A DNA stretch of 64,000 nt from contig CAVRAY010000001.1 in the NCBI GenBank assembly GCA_963719225.1, positions 2,464,001-2,528,000 of the forward strand, written 5' to 3'. A program made the position numbers and the translations under genes. Origin of the DNA: Thermoanaerobaculia bacterium (GTDB taxonomy: Bacteria; Acidobacteriota; Thermoanaerobaculia; UBA5066). Under the pieces are notes generated by a model, which worked only from the letters and a program-made list of their open reading frames with translations, was not told the DNA's origin and made no database searches. The stretch's first letter is position 1, and each line of letters opens with the position of its first letter. This document shows positions 1 through 13,270 of this stretch, one piece after another.

Positions 1-369
1 CATCACGAGCGTGTTATCTGACCCGACATTGTTCGCGAAGGTCGTGCTGATCAGCGGGTGTCCCGTCGAATTCGCCCAATTGGGGCTGGTAGACAGATAG
101 ATGTTCCCGCTGAGGCTGACATTGACCGCTCCCGTGCCGGGGGCTGCCCGCCACGTAAACCCCGTGATGTCGATCGGCCCCGACGGGAACTGGTCCGGGT
201 CAAACACCGTCTGAGACCGCGCGGAAACCGACGACCCCGGAAGCGGCCCCGATGTATCGTTTCCCGTGACTGTTGCGTTGCCGTTGGGCACCACGACACT
301 CTGCCCGAAAACGGGCGCGGCCATCGCGGTGGAAAGAGCGATGGCGATCCGAAGCAAAGAACGATGCAT
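1..369 (-). CDS. Secreted protein, N-terminal part (continues beyond the window edge)
   Basis: Not in the ORF track. ATG at 369 with AGGAGG RBS (375-380); reads MHRSLLRIAIALSTAMAAPVFGQSVVVPNGNATVTGND... with a Sec signal peptide and stays open to position 1. Confidence 0.8.
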   Translation of the reverse strand, partial: MHRSLLRIAIALSTAMAAPVFGQSVVVPNGNATVTGNDTSGPLPGSSVSARSQTVFDPDQFPSGPIDITGFTWRAAPGTGAVNVSLSGNIYLSTSPNWANSTGHPLISTTFANNVGSDNTLVM

Positions 370-418
370 GTCAGCCTCCTTAAGAGCATCCAATTTCTGT
401 GACCGAAAATGCACGTCA

Positions 419-1711
419 CTAATCCGCGGGGTCGAAAGCGAAGTCCGTTGGGCCGAGGAAGATCGAGTCACCGGTCTGGTTGTCGATCACGGTGACGTAC
501 GGAAGCACGGCGAGCGCCGACTCGACGTCGAGGAACGCGTCCGTCGTGACCTCCGCGCCGCCCCCCACGGCCGCGAAGATGTCGTTGATCTGACGCGACT
601 CGAAGGGTCCCCAGCTCTGCGTCACGGTCTGTCCGATCTGCCTGACGCTGGTCCCGACCGGCTGGAAGAGCCTGAAGGACACGTCGACCGCGATGTCGTT
701 ATTGTTGTATACGCCGACATTCGACCGGAATCCGGCGCTGCGGTCCCCGCCGTTGTTTCCGAGGCCCGGGAAGCCCGCGTGCCCCGTCGCCGCGTAGGGT
801 CCGAGGGCCGGGACGGCCGCTCCGTTCGTCGGGGCCGGGAGCGAAGGCGTGTAGACGCGGGAGAGAGCGACGAGAGTGTCGGTCTTGTACTTCGTCTGGT
901 AGGACAGCTCGAGGGCGCCGGCCGTCCCGGGAGCGCCGAAGAGAGTTCCCGCGATGTCCGGGATCGTTTTCCCCGAACCCGCGGGCATCACGAAAGAGGC
1001 CGTAGCGCTGCCGCAGTTCTGCCCGTTGAAGCAGCGGTACCGGGCCGTCACGTTCTTGGTCTCGGTTGTGCCGTTGACCAGCCAGACATCGGAGTGGAAG
1101 AAGGAGTTGTTCACGCCGTGCACCGACGCGACGGCCGGGATCGTGATCGTCCGGTTGAAGGTGGCGGGCTCGTCGCCCGTGATCCTGACCGCCACGCCGT
1201 TGGCCCGGAATTTGTCGAGAGGCGGGTTGAAGCCATACGTTTCGATGACCGGACAGGTCTCCGACGTCATGATCTGGAAGACCGGGCGGTTACCGCCGAC
1301 GTCCGCCGGCTTGCTCACCGTCTGCGTCTCGAACGTCAGAGTCGAGTCCTGGGGGACGGCGACGGTTCCGAAGTCGAACGTGACGGGCTGGTAACCGAGC
1401 GTCGAGGCCGAGACGTTCAGGGAGACGGTGGCTCTACCCAGGCTGGTCCCCGTGCTGAAAGTGCCCGACCGGGCCTGAAGCGCGAGACTGTAGGCGCCGG
1501 CTCCCGGAAACGCGATGTAAAGCGTGACCTGCTTGAGCGATGTGCCCGGGTAGGACTTGAGGTAGAACCCCAGCCGCCCGAAAACGTTGCTCGCGCTGGC
1601 GGTCGACAGCCACGGGCAGTCCACCACGGGCGGCTGGTCCGCCAAGGCCGACCCGCCGAGAGCGAGAAAGAGTAGGGTGAGAAAGCCTCGTTGCGAGCGA
1701 CGTCTTTGCAT
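419..1711 (-). CDS. Secreted hypothetical protein, beta-rich, with C-terminal ITIPAVASVHGVNNSFFHSDVWLVN... domain
   Basis: 430-aa ORF, AAGGAGG RBS, signal peptide (RGFLTLLFLALGGSALA-D). Confidence 0.8.
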   Translation of the reverse strand: MQRRRSQRGFLTLLFLALGGSALADQPPVVDCPWLSTASASNVFGRLGFYLKSYPGTSLKQVTLYIAFPGAGAYSLALQARSGTFSTGTSLGRATVSLNVSASTLGYQPVTFDFGTVAVPQDSTLTFETQTVSKPADVGGNRPVFQIMTSETCPVIETYGFNPPLDKFRANGVAVRITGDEPATFNRTITIPAVASVHGVNNSFFHSDVWLVNGTTETKNVTARYRCFNGQNCGSATASFVMPAGSGKTIPDIAGTLFGAPGTAGALELSYQTKYKTDTLVALSRVYTPSLPAPTNGAAVPALGPYAATGHAGFPGLGNNGGDRSAGFRSNVGVYNNNDIAVDVSFRLFQPVGTSVRQIGQTVTQSWGPFESRQINDIFAAVGGGAEVTTDAFLDVESALAVLPYVTVIDNQTGDSIFLGPTDFAFDPAD

Positions 1712-1863
1712 CTCTTCCTCCTTCGTCCTGCACCTGTAGGCGAATGAGTGCGTGGAAACGGCTCACGCGCTTCTCAACCGAGGCGATCGTCCTGGCCGAC
1801 ATCGGCTACGTGCAGCACGGCAGCGAGGAGATGGAACCTCCCGGCCGCTTCGGAAGCGCTCCG

Positions 1864-3594
1864 CTACCCGAGAATCTCGAAGCGAAGCCCCCCGAAGACG
1901 GCGGACGCCATTGAGCCGTCGAGGCTGCCGATCCCGAACCAGACGCCCAGGTCGTCGCGGTACTCGGTGTGGCCGGTGTAGTCGCGGATGAGAATCTGCC
2001 CGTCCACGGATAGGGCGGCGGCGGCGCGGACCGGATCGTATGCCATCTCCAGTCGAACCAGACGCGGCGCCGGCGGAAGGTTGACCGCCGCGTGAATCCC
2101 GTCCCAGCCGGTGCGAATCTGTTTCGTGGCGATTAACTCGACGCCGTCTCGCGTCACGTTGAACCCAGCGTCGAAGCGGGGCGCGAAATGGCCGGAGTCG
2201 ACTCCTAACACGGCGTTTCCGGACTCCGGCCGGCAGAGTGCCGATACCTTCCAGCCGCGGCGAAAGGCCCATTCCTTTTGCCGCGGCGTTAGCTTCCTGT
2301 GCAGCTGCCCTTGATCCGGCGAGATACATCGCATCGCGCTGATGGTGCCGCCGGTAAAGTCCCGTATGGCGCGCTCCGTCAGCTCCCGGTGAATGCTGAA
2401 CCCGGCCATCTCCGCCTGAGCGCCCCGTGGGAAATCGATGACCCGCTCTTTCGAGTCGAGCGGGGCCATCCGGTCCCGCAGCCACCATCCTCCGGCGGCC
2501 GCCCCCATGACCGCCGTCGCCCCGCTCGCCAGCATCCAGCGCCGTGAGCGGCGAAGGACCCAGAGCCGGGCGAGCCGCGAATCGATCGCGCCCGCCTGGA
2601 GCGCGTCGGCCATCTCCCCGGTGAAAGCGGTGACTGGCGCCGGACGGCGCGCCGCCACGTATGCCAGCGCGCGCGCCAGCAGCTTGCCAACTCCGGTCCC
2701 GAGGTCCGGGCGCAGCCGGTAGAACGCGTCCCCCACGCCCTTCCTCTGAAGCTCCGGCAGGGCAAACGGAGACACGGAATCGAACGGGCGCGCTCCGGCC
2801 AGCATCTCCCATGCGATCACGCCCAGCGCATAGACGTCGCTCGGGGCCTCGGCCTTGCCCATGAGGTGCTCCGGAGCCATGTAGACGGCGCTGCCCATGA
2901 GGTGGGTCGTGGTCTCGGGTGACGCGCCAGCGTCTCCGACCTGGGCGATGCCGAAGTCGATCAGGAGCGGATGCTCGCCGTCCGCGCGCCTCACCAGCAG
3001 AATGTTCTCGGGCTTCAGGTCGCGATGGAGCACTCCCTTTGCATGAGCGTAGCCGACGGCCTCACCGATCTCGCGCAGGAGGCGCGCGGCGAACGGAGCG
3101 TCGAGAGGCCCGGCGGCGAGCCCGTCGCGCAGCGTACGTCCTTCGTGAAACGGGAGGACCAGAAAGAGGCGCCCGTCCTCGATCTCGCCGGCGTCGATCA
3201 GGCTCACGATGCCGGGATGATCCAGTCGCGCCAGCACGCCGGCTTCCTCGCGAAAGCGCCGGCGCATCCAGTCTTCCGAGGACCAGAAATCGTGCAGCAG
3301 CTTGACGACGACGCGGCGCCCGGCGACCTGTTCGTCGCAGGCCTCGAAGACCACGCCCGAGCCTCCCCGTCCCAGCACGCATCTCAGCGAATACCGCCCG
3401 GCGATTCGGCGGCCCACCCACGGGTTCTCCCGCTGCGGGCCGCCGCCTTCCAGAAAGTCGCCCGCCCGGCGGTGCCAGGCGAAGAGTCCGGCCAGGTCGG
3501 GATCGCCCGAGGCGGCGACGTGGGCCTCTGGATCGGCCGATTCCAGCGCTTCCGCCAGGCGCTCGGAGAGCTCCTCCCAGCGCCGCCCGATCAC
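1864..3594 (-). CDS. Membrane Hanks-type Ser/Thr protein kinase with extracytoplasmic beta-sandwich domain
   Basis: GRGGSGVV, VVVK, HRDLKPEN, DFG and APE motifs, one TM segment; GTG start at 3594 overlaps the sigma-factor stop (GTGA). Confidence 0.9.
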   Translation of the reverse strand: MIGRRWEELSERLAEALESADPEAHVAASGDPDLAGLFAWHRRAGDFLEGGGPQRENPWVGRRIAGRYSLRCVLGRGGSGVVFEACDEQVAGRRVVVKLLHDFWSSEDWMRRRFREEAGVLARLDHPGIVSLIDAGEIEDGRLFLVLPFHEGRTLRDGLAAGPLDAPFAARLLREIGEAVGYAHAKGVLHRDLKPENILLVRRADGEHPLLIDFGIAQVGDAGASPETTTHLMGSAVYMAPEHLMGKAEAPSDVYALGVIAWEMLAGARPFDSVSPFALPELQRKGVGDAFYRLRPDLGTGVGKLLARALAYVAARRPAPVTAFTGEMADALQAGAIDSRLARLWVLRRSRRWMLASGATAVMGAAAGGWWLRDRMAPLDSKERVIDFPRGAQAEMAGFSIHRELTERAIRDFTGGTISAMRCISPDQGQLHRKLTPRQKEWAFRRGWKVSALCRPESGNAVLGVDSGHFAPRFDAGFNVTRDGVELIATKQIRTGWDGIHAAVNLPPAPRLVRLEMAYDPVRAAAALSVDGQILIRDYTGHTEYRDDLGVWFGIGSLDGSMASAVFGGLRFEILG

Positions 3595-4136
3595 GCGGAA
3601 TTCCCGCGGAGCTGCCCGTACAGCCACGCCCGCCCGGCGAGCCAGTCGCGCTTGACCGTGGCGGGCGAGACCTCGAGGCATTGCGCGATCTCCTCGTTCG
3701 ACATGCCGCCGAAGTAGCGCAGCTCGATGACGCGACCCGCACGCGGGTGAGCCTTTTCGAGCTTGCTCAGCGCGAGATCCAGATCGAGCGTGTTCTCTTC
3801 AATCCGATCGTCGATGCGCATCGAAACGACGGCGCGCTCGTGTGTCGCGCGGCGCCTGGCGTGATCGACGAGGATCTGGCGCATCAACCGCGAGCACAGC
3901 GACAGGAAATGCACGCGGTCACGGAGCTCGACCGCGTCGAGCGCCACGAACTTCTGCCACGCCTCGTTCACCAGGGCCGTGGGCTGCAACAGATGGCCGG
4001 GGCGCTCGTGTCGAAAATGGGCCTGCGCGATGCGATAAAGCTCCGGGTAGGCCTTTTCGATCAAGCGATCCCCGGCGGTCCGGTCGCCGGATCGGAGTTC
4101 GCGCAGAAGGGCCGTGATCTCGCCGGTCTGAGACAT
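3591..4136 (-). CDS. ECF RNA polymerase sigma factor, TIGR02999-like (kinase-associated)
   Basis: EITALL, LQPTALVNEAW, MRQILVDHAR and ELRYFGG...TVKRDW motifs. Confidence 0.9.
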   Translation of the reverse strand: MSQTGEITALLRELRSGDRTAGDRLIEKAYPELYRIAQAHFRHERPGHLLQPTALVNEAWQKFVALDAVELRDRVHFLSLCSRLMRQILVDHARRRATHERAVVSMRIDDRIEENTLDLDLALSKLEKAHPRAGRVIELRYFGGMSNEEIAQCLEVSPATVKRDWLAGRAWLYGQLRGNSA

Positions 4137-4303
4137 CTGGATGAGATCCGGAATCTTATCGTGGCCGGGGGAAATTCTGGCAACGTGAAACGGTCGAGAC
4201 CATCGAGGCTGGCGGTGGTCATTAGCGGTGGCGGCTCACGGAGACTGGTCGCACTACATCCCGACAGGCGCCGGTCGCCTCATTTCGGTAGAGTCATCCG
4301 CAG

Positions 4304-5830
4304 ATGACCGTTGCCCGTGCGTTTTCGGCCGCCGTTGTGGGACTCGAAGGCCGCACGGTCGTCGTCGAGGCCGCGATCGGGGCGGGGCTTCCCGCCCTGA
4401 CGATCGTCGGCCTCCCGGACGCGGCTGTAAAGGAAAGCCGCGAACGCATCCGCTCGGCGCTCCGCCACGTCGGGTTCCCGCTTCCCTCGAAGAACGTGGT
4501 CGTCAACCTCGCGCCGGCCGATCTTCCGAAGTCGGGCACGGCACTCGACCTTGCCGTGGCGCTCGCCATCCTCGCCGCGAACGGCGACCTGCCGGCCGAA
4601 GCGCTCGCGAAAACGACTCTCGTCGGCGAGCTCGCCCTCGACGGAGAGCTCCGCGGCGTTCCGGGCGTGCTGTCGTTTGCCGAGACGTCGCGCCGGGAAG
4701 AGCGAGCCCTCCTCGTTCCGGCCGAAAACGCGGAGGAGGCGGCCGCCGTTCCCTCCCTTCACGTTTTCGCGGCCCCGCACCTCGGCGCGGCGATCGCCCA
4801 CCTCCTCGGGCGGGAAGTGCTTCCGCGCGTCGTGCCTTCCGCCGTTCGCCCGCCGACTCCGGGAGCCGAGCCCGATCTCGCGGACGTGAGAGGCCAGGCG
4901 GTCGCGCGCCGGGCCCTGGAGATCGCCGCCGCGGGCGGGCACAACATCCTTTTTTCCGGCCCGCCGGGCGCCGGCAAGACGATGCTGGCGCGGAGGCTTC
5001 CGGGGATCCTCCCGCCGCTCTCGCGCGAGGAGAGCCTGGACGCGACGCGCATCTGGAGCGTCGCGGGGCGTCTTCCCGCGGGAAGCGGGCTCCTGACGCA
5101 GCGCCCGTTCCGCGCGCCGCATCACGGCGCGTCCGCGGCTGCTCTCGCGGGCGGCGGAGCCGACCCGCGTCCCGGAGAGCTCTCGCTCGCGCACTTCGGC
5201 GTCCTGTTCCTCGACGAGCTCCCGGAATTCCGAAGGGACGCGCTCGAAGCTCTGCGCGAGCCCCTCGAAGACGGCGTCGTCTCCGTCGCCCGCGTGGCCG
5301 GAGCGCGCACGTTTCCCGCGCGCTTTCTCCTCGTCGGCGCGATGAACCCATGCCCCTGCGGCTTCCGCGGAGATCCGCGCCGTGCCTGCACCTGCTCACC
5401 GCGGGACGTGGCGCGCTACCGCAGGAAGATTTCCGGGCCGCTCCTGGATCGAATCGACCTGCATGTCGAGGTGCCGGCGCTCGCCTCGTCGGACCTGGGC
5501 GCGGACGGAGATGGCGAAGGGTCGGCCGCGGTCCGTGCGCGCGTGGAGAAGGCGCGGGCGCGACAGGCCGCACGCACCGGAGACCCGCGGCTCGTGAACG
5601 CGGCCGTGCCGGGCCGGCTCGCGCGATCCATCCTGAAGACGACTCCCGAGGCGCGCGCGCTCCTGACGCGGGCCGTCGACCGCCTCACGCTTTCGGCAAG
5701 GGGCTTCCAGCGCGTTTTGCGCGTTGCCAGAACAATCGCGGACCTCCAGGAGGGAGCGGTCATCCAGCCCGCGCACGTGGCCGAGGCCCTTCGCTACCGT
5801 CCCGTTTCCGAGTCCGCCAATACGACGTAG
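4304..5830 (+). CDS. comM: ComM/YifB Mg-chelatase-like AAA+ ATPase
   Basis: IVGLPDAAVKESRER, GPPGAGKT, PFRAPHH, LFLDELPEF, NPCPCG. Confidence 0.92.
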   Translation: MTVARAFSAAVVGLEGRTVVVEAAIGAGLPALTIVGLPDAAVKESRERIRSALRHVGFPLPSKNVVVNLAPADLPKSGTALDLAVALAILAANGDLPAEALAKTTLVGELALDGELRGVPGVLSFAETSRREERALLVPAENAEEAAAVPSLHVFAAPHLGAAIAHLLGREVLPRVVPSAVRPPTPGAEPDLADVRGQAVARRALEIAAAGGHNILFSGPPGAGKTMLARRLPGILPPLSREESLDATRIWSVAGRLPAGSGLLTQRPFRAPHHGASAAALAGGGADPRPGELSLAHFGVLFLDELPEFRRDALEALREPLEDGVVSVARVAGARTFPARFLLVGAMNPCPCGFRGDPRRACTCSPRDVARYRRKISGPLLDRIDLHVEVPALASSDLGADGDGEGSAAVRARVEKARARQAARTGDPRLVNAAVPGRLARSILKTTPEARALLTRAVDRLTLSARGFQRVLRVARTIADLQEGAVIQPAHVAEALRYRPVSESANTT

Positions 5831-5873
5831 ACCGTCCTTTGTCAATGAGTTGAATGAGAGACGACTTTCTTTC

Positions 5874-5901
5874 TTGACTCCCTTTTCTGCGGGCATAAGA
5901 T
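5874..5901 (+). promoter_or_regulatory. Sigma-70-type promoter of the M23 peptidase gene
   Basis: TTGACT-N16-TAAGAT in an AT-rich intergenic region. Confidence 0.6.
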
Positions 5902-5965
5902 TCGTCTCGCTCAATCGAGGGCCTTCCAGGTGTAAGGCTGTGCGTGTGTTTGTGTGAAGGAAAAG

Positions 5966-6844
5966 ATGTCGAAAAGAGAGCACACCATCATCTTCCTGCC
6001 GCACGCCAGAGCGCGTTTCCGGCAGTTCCGCGTCTCATCGCGGCTTCTCTGGGGGATGGGGATTTCTTTCGGCTTGGCCGTCGTCCTCGGCGTGACCTTC
6101 TCCGTGCTGTGGGTGCGGTCGATGCGCAGAAACCGGGAGGTCACCGCCATCCTGGCCGAGAACTCCGACCTGAGGTCGCGGGCCGCCCTCACGAACACGC
6201 GCCTCGAGTCGATCGAGAAGATGCTGGCCGACTTCGAGGATCGGACGCGGCGCCTCTCGATCGTCGCCGGCTTGTCGGCGGTGCGGGACCCCGGCATGGG
6301 CGGCGTGGGAGGACTCACGGCGGTGCCCGTGAATCCAGCGGATTCCGTCGAATCGGGCCTCAGTGAGGCCGGGCGCCGGGGCGCGCTCCTGTCGTCGCGC
6401 CTGACGGTCGTCGAGAAGAAGCTCTTCCTTCAGGCGGACCAGCTCGCCCTGACACCGAGCATCACCCCCGCCGCCGGGGTGCTGACGGCGGGTTTCGGGG
6501 CGCGCTCCGACCCGTTCACGAACCACTCCGAATTCCACACGGGCATCGACATCTCGACGCCCGCCGGTAACCGCGTCGTCGCTCCGGCGTCCGGCACGAT
6601 CGTGCGCGTGGGCTGGGACAAGGGGTACGGCCGCTTCGTGGAGATCGCCCACGGCTACGGCGTCACGACGCTCTTCGGCCACCTCCAGACAGCGCGCGTC
6701 GCCGAGGGCCAGCGCGTCAAGCGCGGAGACCTCGTCGCGCTCGTGGGCTCCACGGGCCGCTCCACCGGGCCTCACCTCCATTACGAGGTACACACCGACG
6801 GCAAGCCGGTGAACCCGCTGGATTACGTCCTGAACGCGTTCTGA
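5966..6844 (+). CDS. M23 family metallopeptidase (peptidoglycan DD-endopeptidase) with TM anchor and coiled coil
   Basis: HTGID and STGPHLHYEV motifs; AAGGA RBS before ATG 5966. Confidence 0.92.
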   Translation: MSKREHTIIFLPHARARFRQFRVSSRLLWGMGISFGLAVVLGVTFSVLWVRSMRRNREVTAILAENSDLRSRAALTNTRLESIEKMLADFEDRTRRLSIVAGLSAVRDPGMGGVGGLTAVPVNPADSVESGLSEAGRRGALLSSRLTVVEKKLFLQADQLALTPSITPAAGVLTAGFGARSDPFTNHSEFHTGIDISTPAGNRVVAPASGTIVRVGWDKGYGRFVEIAHGYGVTTLFGHLQTARVAEGQRVKRGDLVALVGSTGRSTGPHLHYEVHTDGKPVNPLDYVLNAF

Positions 6845-7872
6845 AAACTCTCTCCTTCCTCCCGCTCCTTCTCGCGGCGTTCGCCTCGCTCGGGCAGGAA
6901 CCCGTGCGTGTCCCGGTCGCGGCGACTCGCCACTTCCTTTTCTACAGCGACTTCGAGCCGAACCTGAACGACGCGTTGATCGCAGCCGGGGTGGCGCGCC
7001 GGTTCCGCAAGCCCGAACTGTTCCGAGACGGCGTGGAGGCGGGCTGCTTCGCGGCTCTGCCGGAGCCCGTGCGCGCGGGCTGGGACGGCGCCGCCGACTA
7101 CTACACGAGGATCGTCTCGCCCTCCGGCTCGAATTCAAGGGAGCGGTACCTCATCCGCGTCCAGATCGCGGGCTTCGACGAGGAGTTCCGCGACGACGCG
7201 GACCGCCAGTTCACGCTGATCGCCCGGAGCTTCCGCGCGGCGGCCGCGCCCGCCTACCGCGCGTGCCGCTGGGCGGCCCAGGACGCGGCGAATCGGCGGT
7301 GGATCGAGGACCTGAAGCCGCGCCTCCTCGCCGACGAAGGGAAAATCGGTCCGCGGCTGGAGGACCTCTACCGGCAGAAGTGGGCCCGCGAGCGCCTCCC
7401 GGTGGACGTCGTCCAGACCGTGGATTTCAGCGGGGCCAACACGATCCTGCGTGACGCGGGACGCGGGCACATCCTGGTCGCGATCGAAAACCCGCCCCGC
7501 TCCGCCGTTGAGGTGGTCTTCCACGAGGCCTCGCACATTTTGATGGGCCGGGGCGCCCCCGTCCGGCAGGCTCTCGAAGACGCCGCGAGCACCGCCGGTT
7601 TCCGTCTGCCAGACGACCTGTGGCACGTCGTCCTCTTCTACACGACGGGCGAGGTGGTGCGCGGGATCCTCGACGAGGGGCACGCACCGGCCTACACGCC
7701 GATGCTCTACGAGATCTTCGACCGGGGTTCCTGGGGTGATTACCGACGACCCCTCGAGAAAGCGTGGCTTCCCTACGTGGAGGGGAAGGCGACCCTCCCG
7801 AACGCTGCCGCCGCGCTCATCGAGGCGATCCGGACCTCGCCGCCCGCACCGACCCCGCCCCCGAAGCCCTGA
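6841..7872 (+). CDS. Exported hypothetical protein with HExxH motif (possible zinc metallopeptidase)
   Basis: VVFHEASHIL motif; in-frame extension to CTG 6841 gives the signal peptide (M)KTLSFLPLLLAAFASLG; first canonical start is GTG 6904. Confidence 0.65.
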   Translation: MKTLSFLPLLLAAFASLGQEPVRVPVAATRHFLFYSDFEPNLNDALIAAGVARRFRKPELFRDGVEAGCFAALPEPVRAGWDGAADYYTRIVSPSGSNSRERYLIRVQIAGFDEEFRDDADRQFTLIARSFRAAAAPAYRACRWAAQDAANRRWIEDLKPRLLADEGKIGPRLEDLYRQKWARERLPVDVVQTVDFSGANTILRDAGRGHILVAIENPPRSAVEVVFHEASHILMGRGAPVRQALEDAASTAGFRLPDDLWHVVLFYTTGEVVRGILDEGHAPAYTPMLYEIFDRGSWGDYRRPLEKAWLPYVEGKATLPNAAAALIEAIRTSPPAPTPPPKP

Positions 7873-8070
7873 CGGCGCCGCTCCGGTCGATCCGCCGGGG
7901 ATTTCGGATTTCGGATTCTCTTCTGAATGAGAGTGATCGCCGCGGTGGAGCTCTGCGGCCTCGGCCGTGCGGACCCTGCGGCCCTTCTTCACCTTCTCAG
8001 AAAATCCCCGGTCCTTCTCTCCTGTTAAACTCCACGATCTTCGCGCGAAAGTGCGCGGAGCCTTCCTTTT

Positions 8071-10932
<2,862 letters not shown>

Positions 10933-10976
10933 CCTGGAGAAGGAAAGGGCATTCGCCGTCTGTGGTATGAATCCCC

Positions 10977-12449
10977 ATGGTGAATGACCGGGAAATCCCG
11001 CTGGCCCTCACGTTCGACGACGTCCTCCTCCTCCCCGCCCGCTCGAAAGTCCATCCAGGCGAAACCGATCTGAAGACGCGGCTCGCGCCCGGAATCGGCC
11101 TCAACATCCCGATCCTCTCCGCCGCGATGGACACGGTCACCGAGTCGCGCCTCGCGATCGCGATGGCGCAGAACGGTGGGCTCGGCGTCATCCACAAGAA
11201 TCTCACGATCGATTCACAGGCCGCCGAGGTCGACAAGGTAAAGCGTTCGGAGAGCGGCATGATCGTGGATCCGGTCACCTGCCGCCCGACGCAGAGGATC
11301 TCGGAGGCGCTCGAGGTCATGGCGAACTTCCGGATCTCGGGAGTGCCGATCGTGGACGACCGCGGCAAGCTCGTCGGCATCCTGACGAATCGCGACCTGC
11401 GCTTCGAGACGCGCATGGACCTGCCCATCTCGGAGCGCATGACGAAGGAGAACCTCGTGACGTGCCCACCGGGCACGACCCTCGAGCAGGCCAAGGAGCT
11501 GCTTCACCGCCACCGTATCGAGAAGCTGCTCGTCGTGGATCGCGCCGGCAACCTCAAGGGCCTCATCACCGTCAAGGACATCCAGAAGCAGATCAAGTAT
11601 CCGAACGCCTGCAAGGACTCGTTCGGCCGCCTGCGCGTGGCGGCGGCGGTGGGCGCGAGCACCGATCTCCTCGACCGGGCCCGGGAGCTCGTCGACGCGA
11701 AGGTGGACCTGCTCGTCCTGGACTCCTCCCACGGTCACAGCGAAGGCGTGCTCCTGGCTCTCACGTCGCTGAAGAAGAAGTTCCCGTCCGTGCCCGTTCT
11801 CGCGGGCAACGTGGCGACGGCGGAAGGGACGCGCGACCTCGTCCGCCGGGGGGCGGACGCCGTGAAGATCGGGATCGGACCCGGCTCCATCTGCACGACG
11901 CGCGTCGTGACGGGTGCCGGCGTGCCGCAGATCCACGCCATCCGCGAATGCGTGAAGGGCGTGGGCAAGGCGAACGTCCCCCTCGTGGCCGACGGCGGCA
12001 TCAAGTTCTCGGGCGACGTCACGAAGGCGCTCGCCGCGGGCGCGCATTCCGTGATGATCGGCAGTCTCTTCGCGGGCACGGACGAGGCGCCGGGCGAAAC
12101 GATCCTCTATCAGGGCCGCACGTTCAAGGCGTATCGCGGCATGGGGTCGATCGGCGCGATGAAGCTGGGTTCGGCCGACCGGTACTTCCAGGACGAGGAA
12201 GAGCCGCGGAAGCTCGTGCCGGAGGGCATCGAGGGCATGGTCCCGCACAAGGGCCCCGTCACGACGCTCCTGACACAGCTGACGGGCGGCGTGCGCGCGG
12301 GCATGGGCCTCGCGGGCGCGGCAACTCTCCCGGAGCTCGTGAAGAAGGCGCGCTTCGTGCGCATCACGGCGGCGGGCCTCAGGGAGAGCCATGCCCACGA
12401 CGTGATCATCACGAAGGAAGCGCCGAACTACAGGCGCGAAGAGATCTGA
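10977..12449 (+). CDS. guaB: IMP dehydrogenase
   Basis: [28 protein letters not shown]; CBS pair. Confidence 0.99.
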   Translation: MVNDREIPLALTFDDVLLLPARSKVHPGETDLKTRLAPGIGLNIPILSAAMDTVTESRLAIAMAQNGGLGVIHKNLTIDSQAAEVDKVKRSESGMIVDPVTCRPTQRISEALEVMANFRISGVPIVDDRGKLVGILTNRDLRFETRMDLPISERMTKENLVTCPPGTTLEQAKELLHRHRIEKLLVVDRAGNLKGLITVKDIQKQIKYPNACKDSFGRLRVAAAVGASTDLLDRARELVDAKVDLLVLDSSHGHSEGVLLALTSLKKKFPSVPVLAGNVATAEGTRDLVRRGADAVKIGIGPGSICTTRVVTGAGVPQIHAIRECVKGVGKANVPLVADGGIKFSGDVTKALAAGAHSVMIGSLFAGTDEAPGETILYQGRTFKAYRGMGSIGAMKLGSADRYFQDEEEPRKLVPEGIEGMVPHKGPVTTLLTQLTGGVRAGMGLAGAATLPELVKKARFVRITAAGLRESHAHDVIITKEAPNYRREEI

Positions 12450-13207
12450 GTCATCTGAGCGAGCTTTCTTTCAAGGACCACTTCTCGGGCCATTCGGGCG
12501 ACTATGCCCGATACCGACCCACGTACCCTTCGTCCCTGTTTTCGGCGGTTTCGTCCCTGGCACCGCGGCGCGAACACTGCTGGGACGCCGGGACGGGAAA
12601 CGGTCAGGCGGCGATCGGCCTGGGAGAGTTCTTCGAAGAGGTCGTGGCGACGGACGCGAGTGCCGAGCAGATCGCACATGCGAAGCCGCATCCGCACGTT
12701 GCCTATCGCGTCGCGTCGGCTGAGAAGTCCGGGCTCCCCGATCGATGGGCCGACCTCGTGACTGCCGGGCAAGCGCTGCATTGGTTTCATTTGAAGATTT
12801 TCTATGAAGAGGTGAGAAGGGTCGGCGCGGCGGGAAGCGTTCTCGCTGCGTGGGCCTACGATCTCTTCACCGTCGACGCGCCCGTCGACCTGGTCTTTCG
12901 GGGCTTCCACGAGTCCGTCGAGCGTTTCTGGCCCGCGGAGCGCGCGCTCGTGGCCCGCCGCTACGCCGACCTCCCCTTCCCATTCGAAGAAATCCCCGTC
13001 GCGCCCGTGACGATGACAGCCTCATGGGATCTCGAGCATCTGCTGGGCTACCTCTCGACATGGTCGTGCGTGAAGCGCTGCACGAGGGAAACCGGCCGCG
13101 ACCCGATCGCCGAGTTCGCGGATCCCTTCGCGAACGCCTGGGGCGGACTGCAGAACGAGAAGAGCGTCACCTGGCCGCTCGTTCTTCGCGCGGGACGCAT
13201 CGCCTGA
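12446..13207 (+). CDS. Class I SAM-dependent methyltransferase
   Basis: [33 protein letters not shown]; no ATG/GTG/TTG near the expected start, so CTG at 12446 or 12455 is proposed. Confidence 0.85.
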   Translation: MSHLSELSFKDHFSGHSGDYARYRPTYPSSLFSAVSSLAPRREHCWDAGTGNGQAAIGLGEFFEEVVATDASAEQIAHAKPHPHVAYRVASAEKSGLPDRWADLVTAGQALHWFHLKIFYEEVRRVGAAGSVLAAWAYDLFTVDAPVDLVFRGFHESVERFWPAERALVARRYADLPFPFEEIPVAPVTMTASWDLEHLLGYLSTWSCVKRCTRETGRDPIAEFADPFANAWGGLQNEKSVTWPLVLRAGRIA

Positions 13208-13270
13208 CACAGCCGTTTATCATTGGCTGCGCCGACCGTTCGCGCCAGAATCTCGAAAGGGGGACGCTCC

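Noticed and set aside
399-419. GTGAC-N11-GTCAC inverted repeat between the two secreted-protein genes
   Set aside because: Arms are only 5 bp and I found no second copy; could be chance
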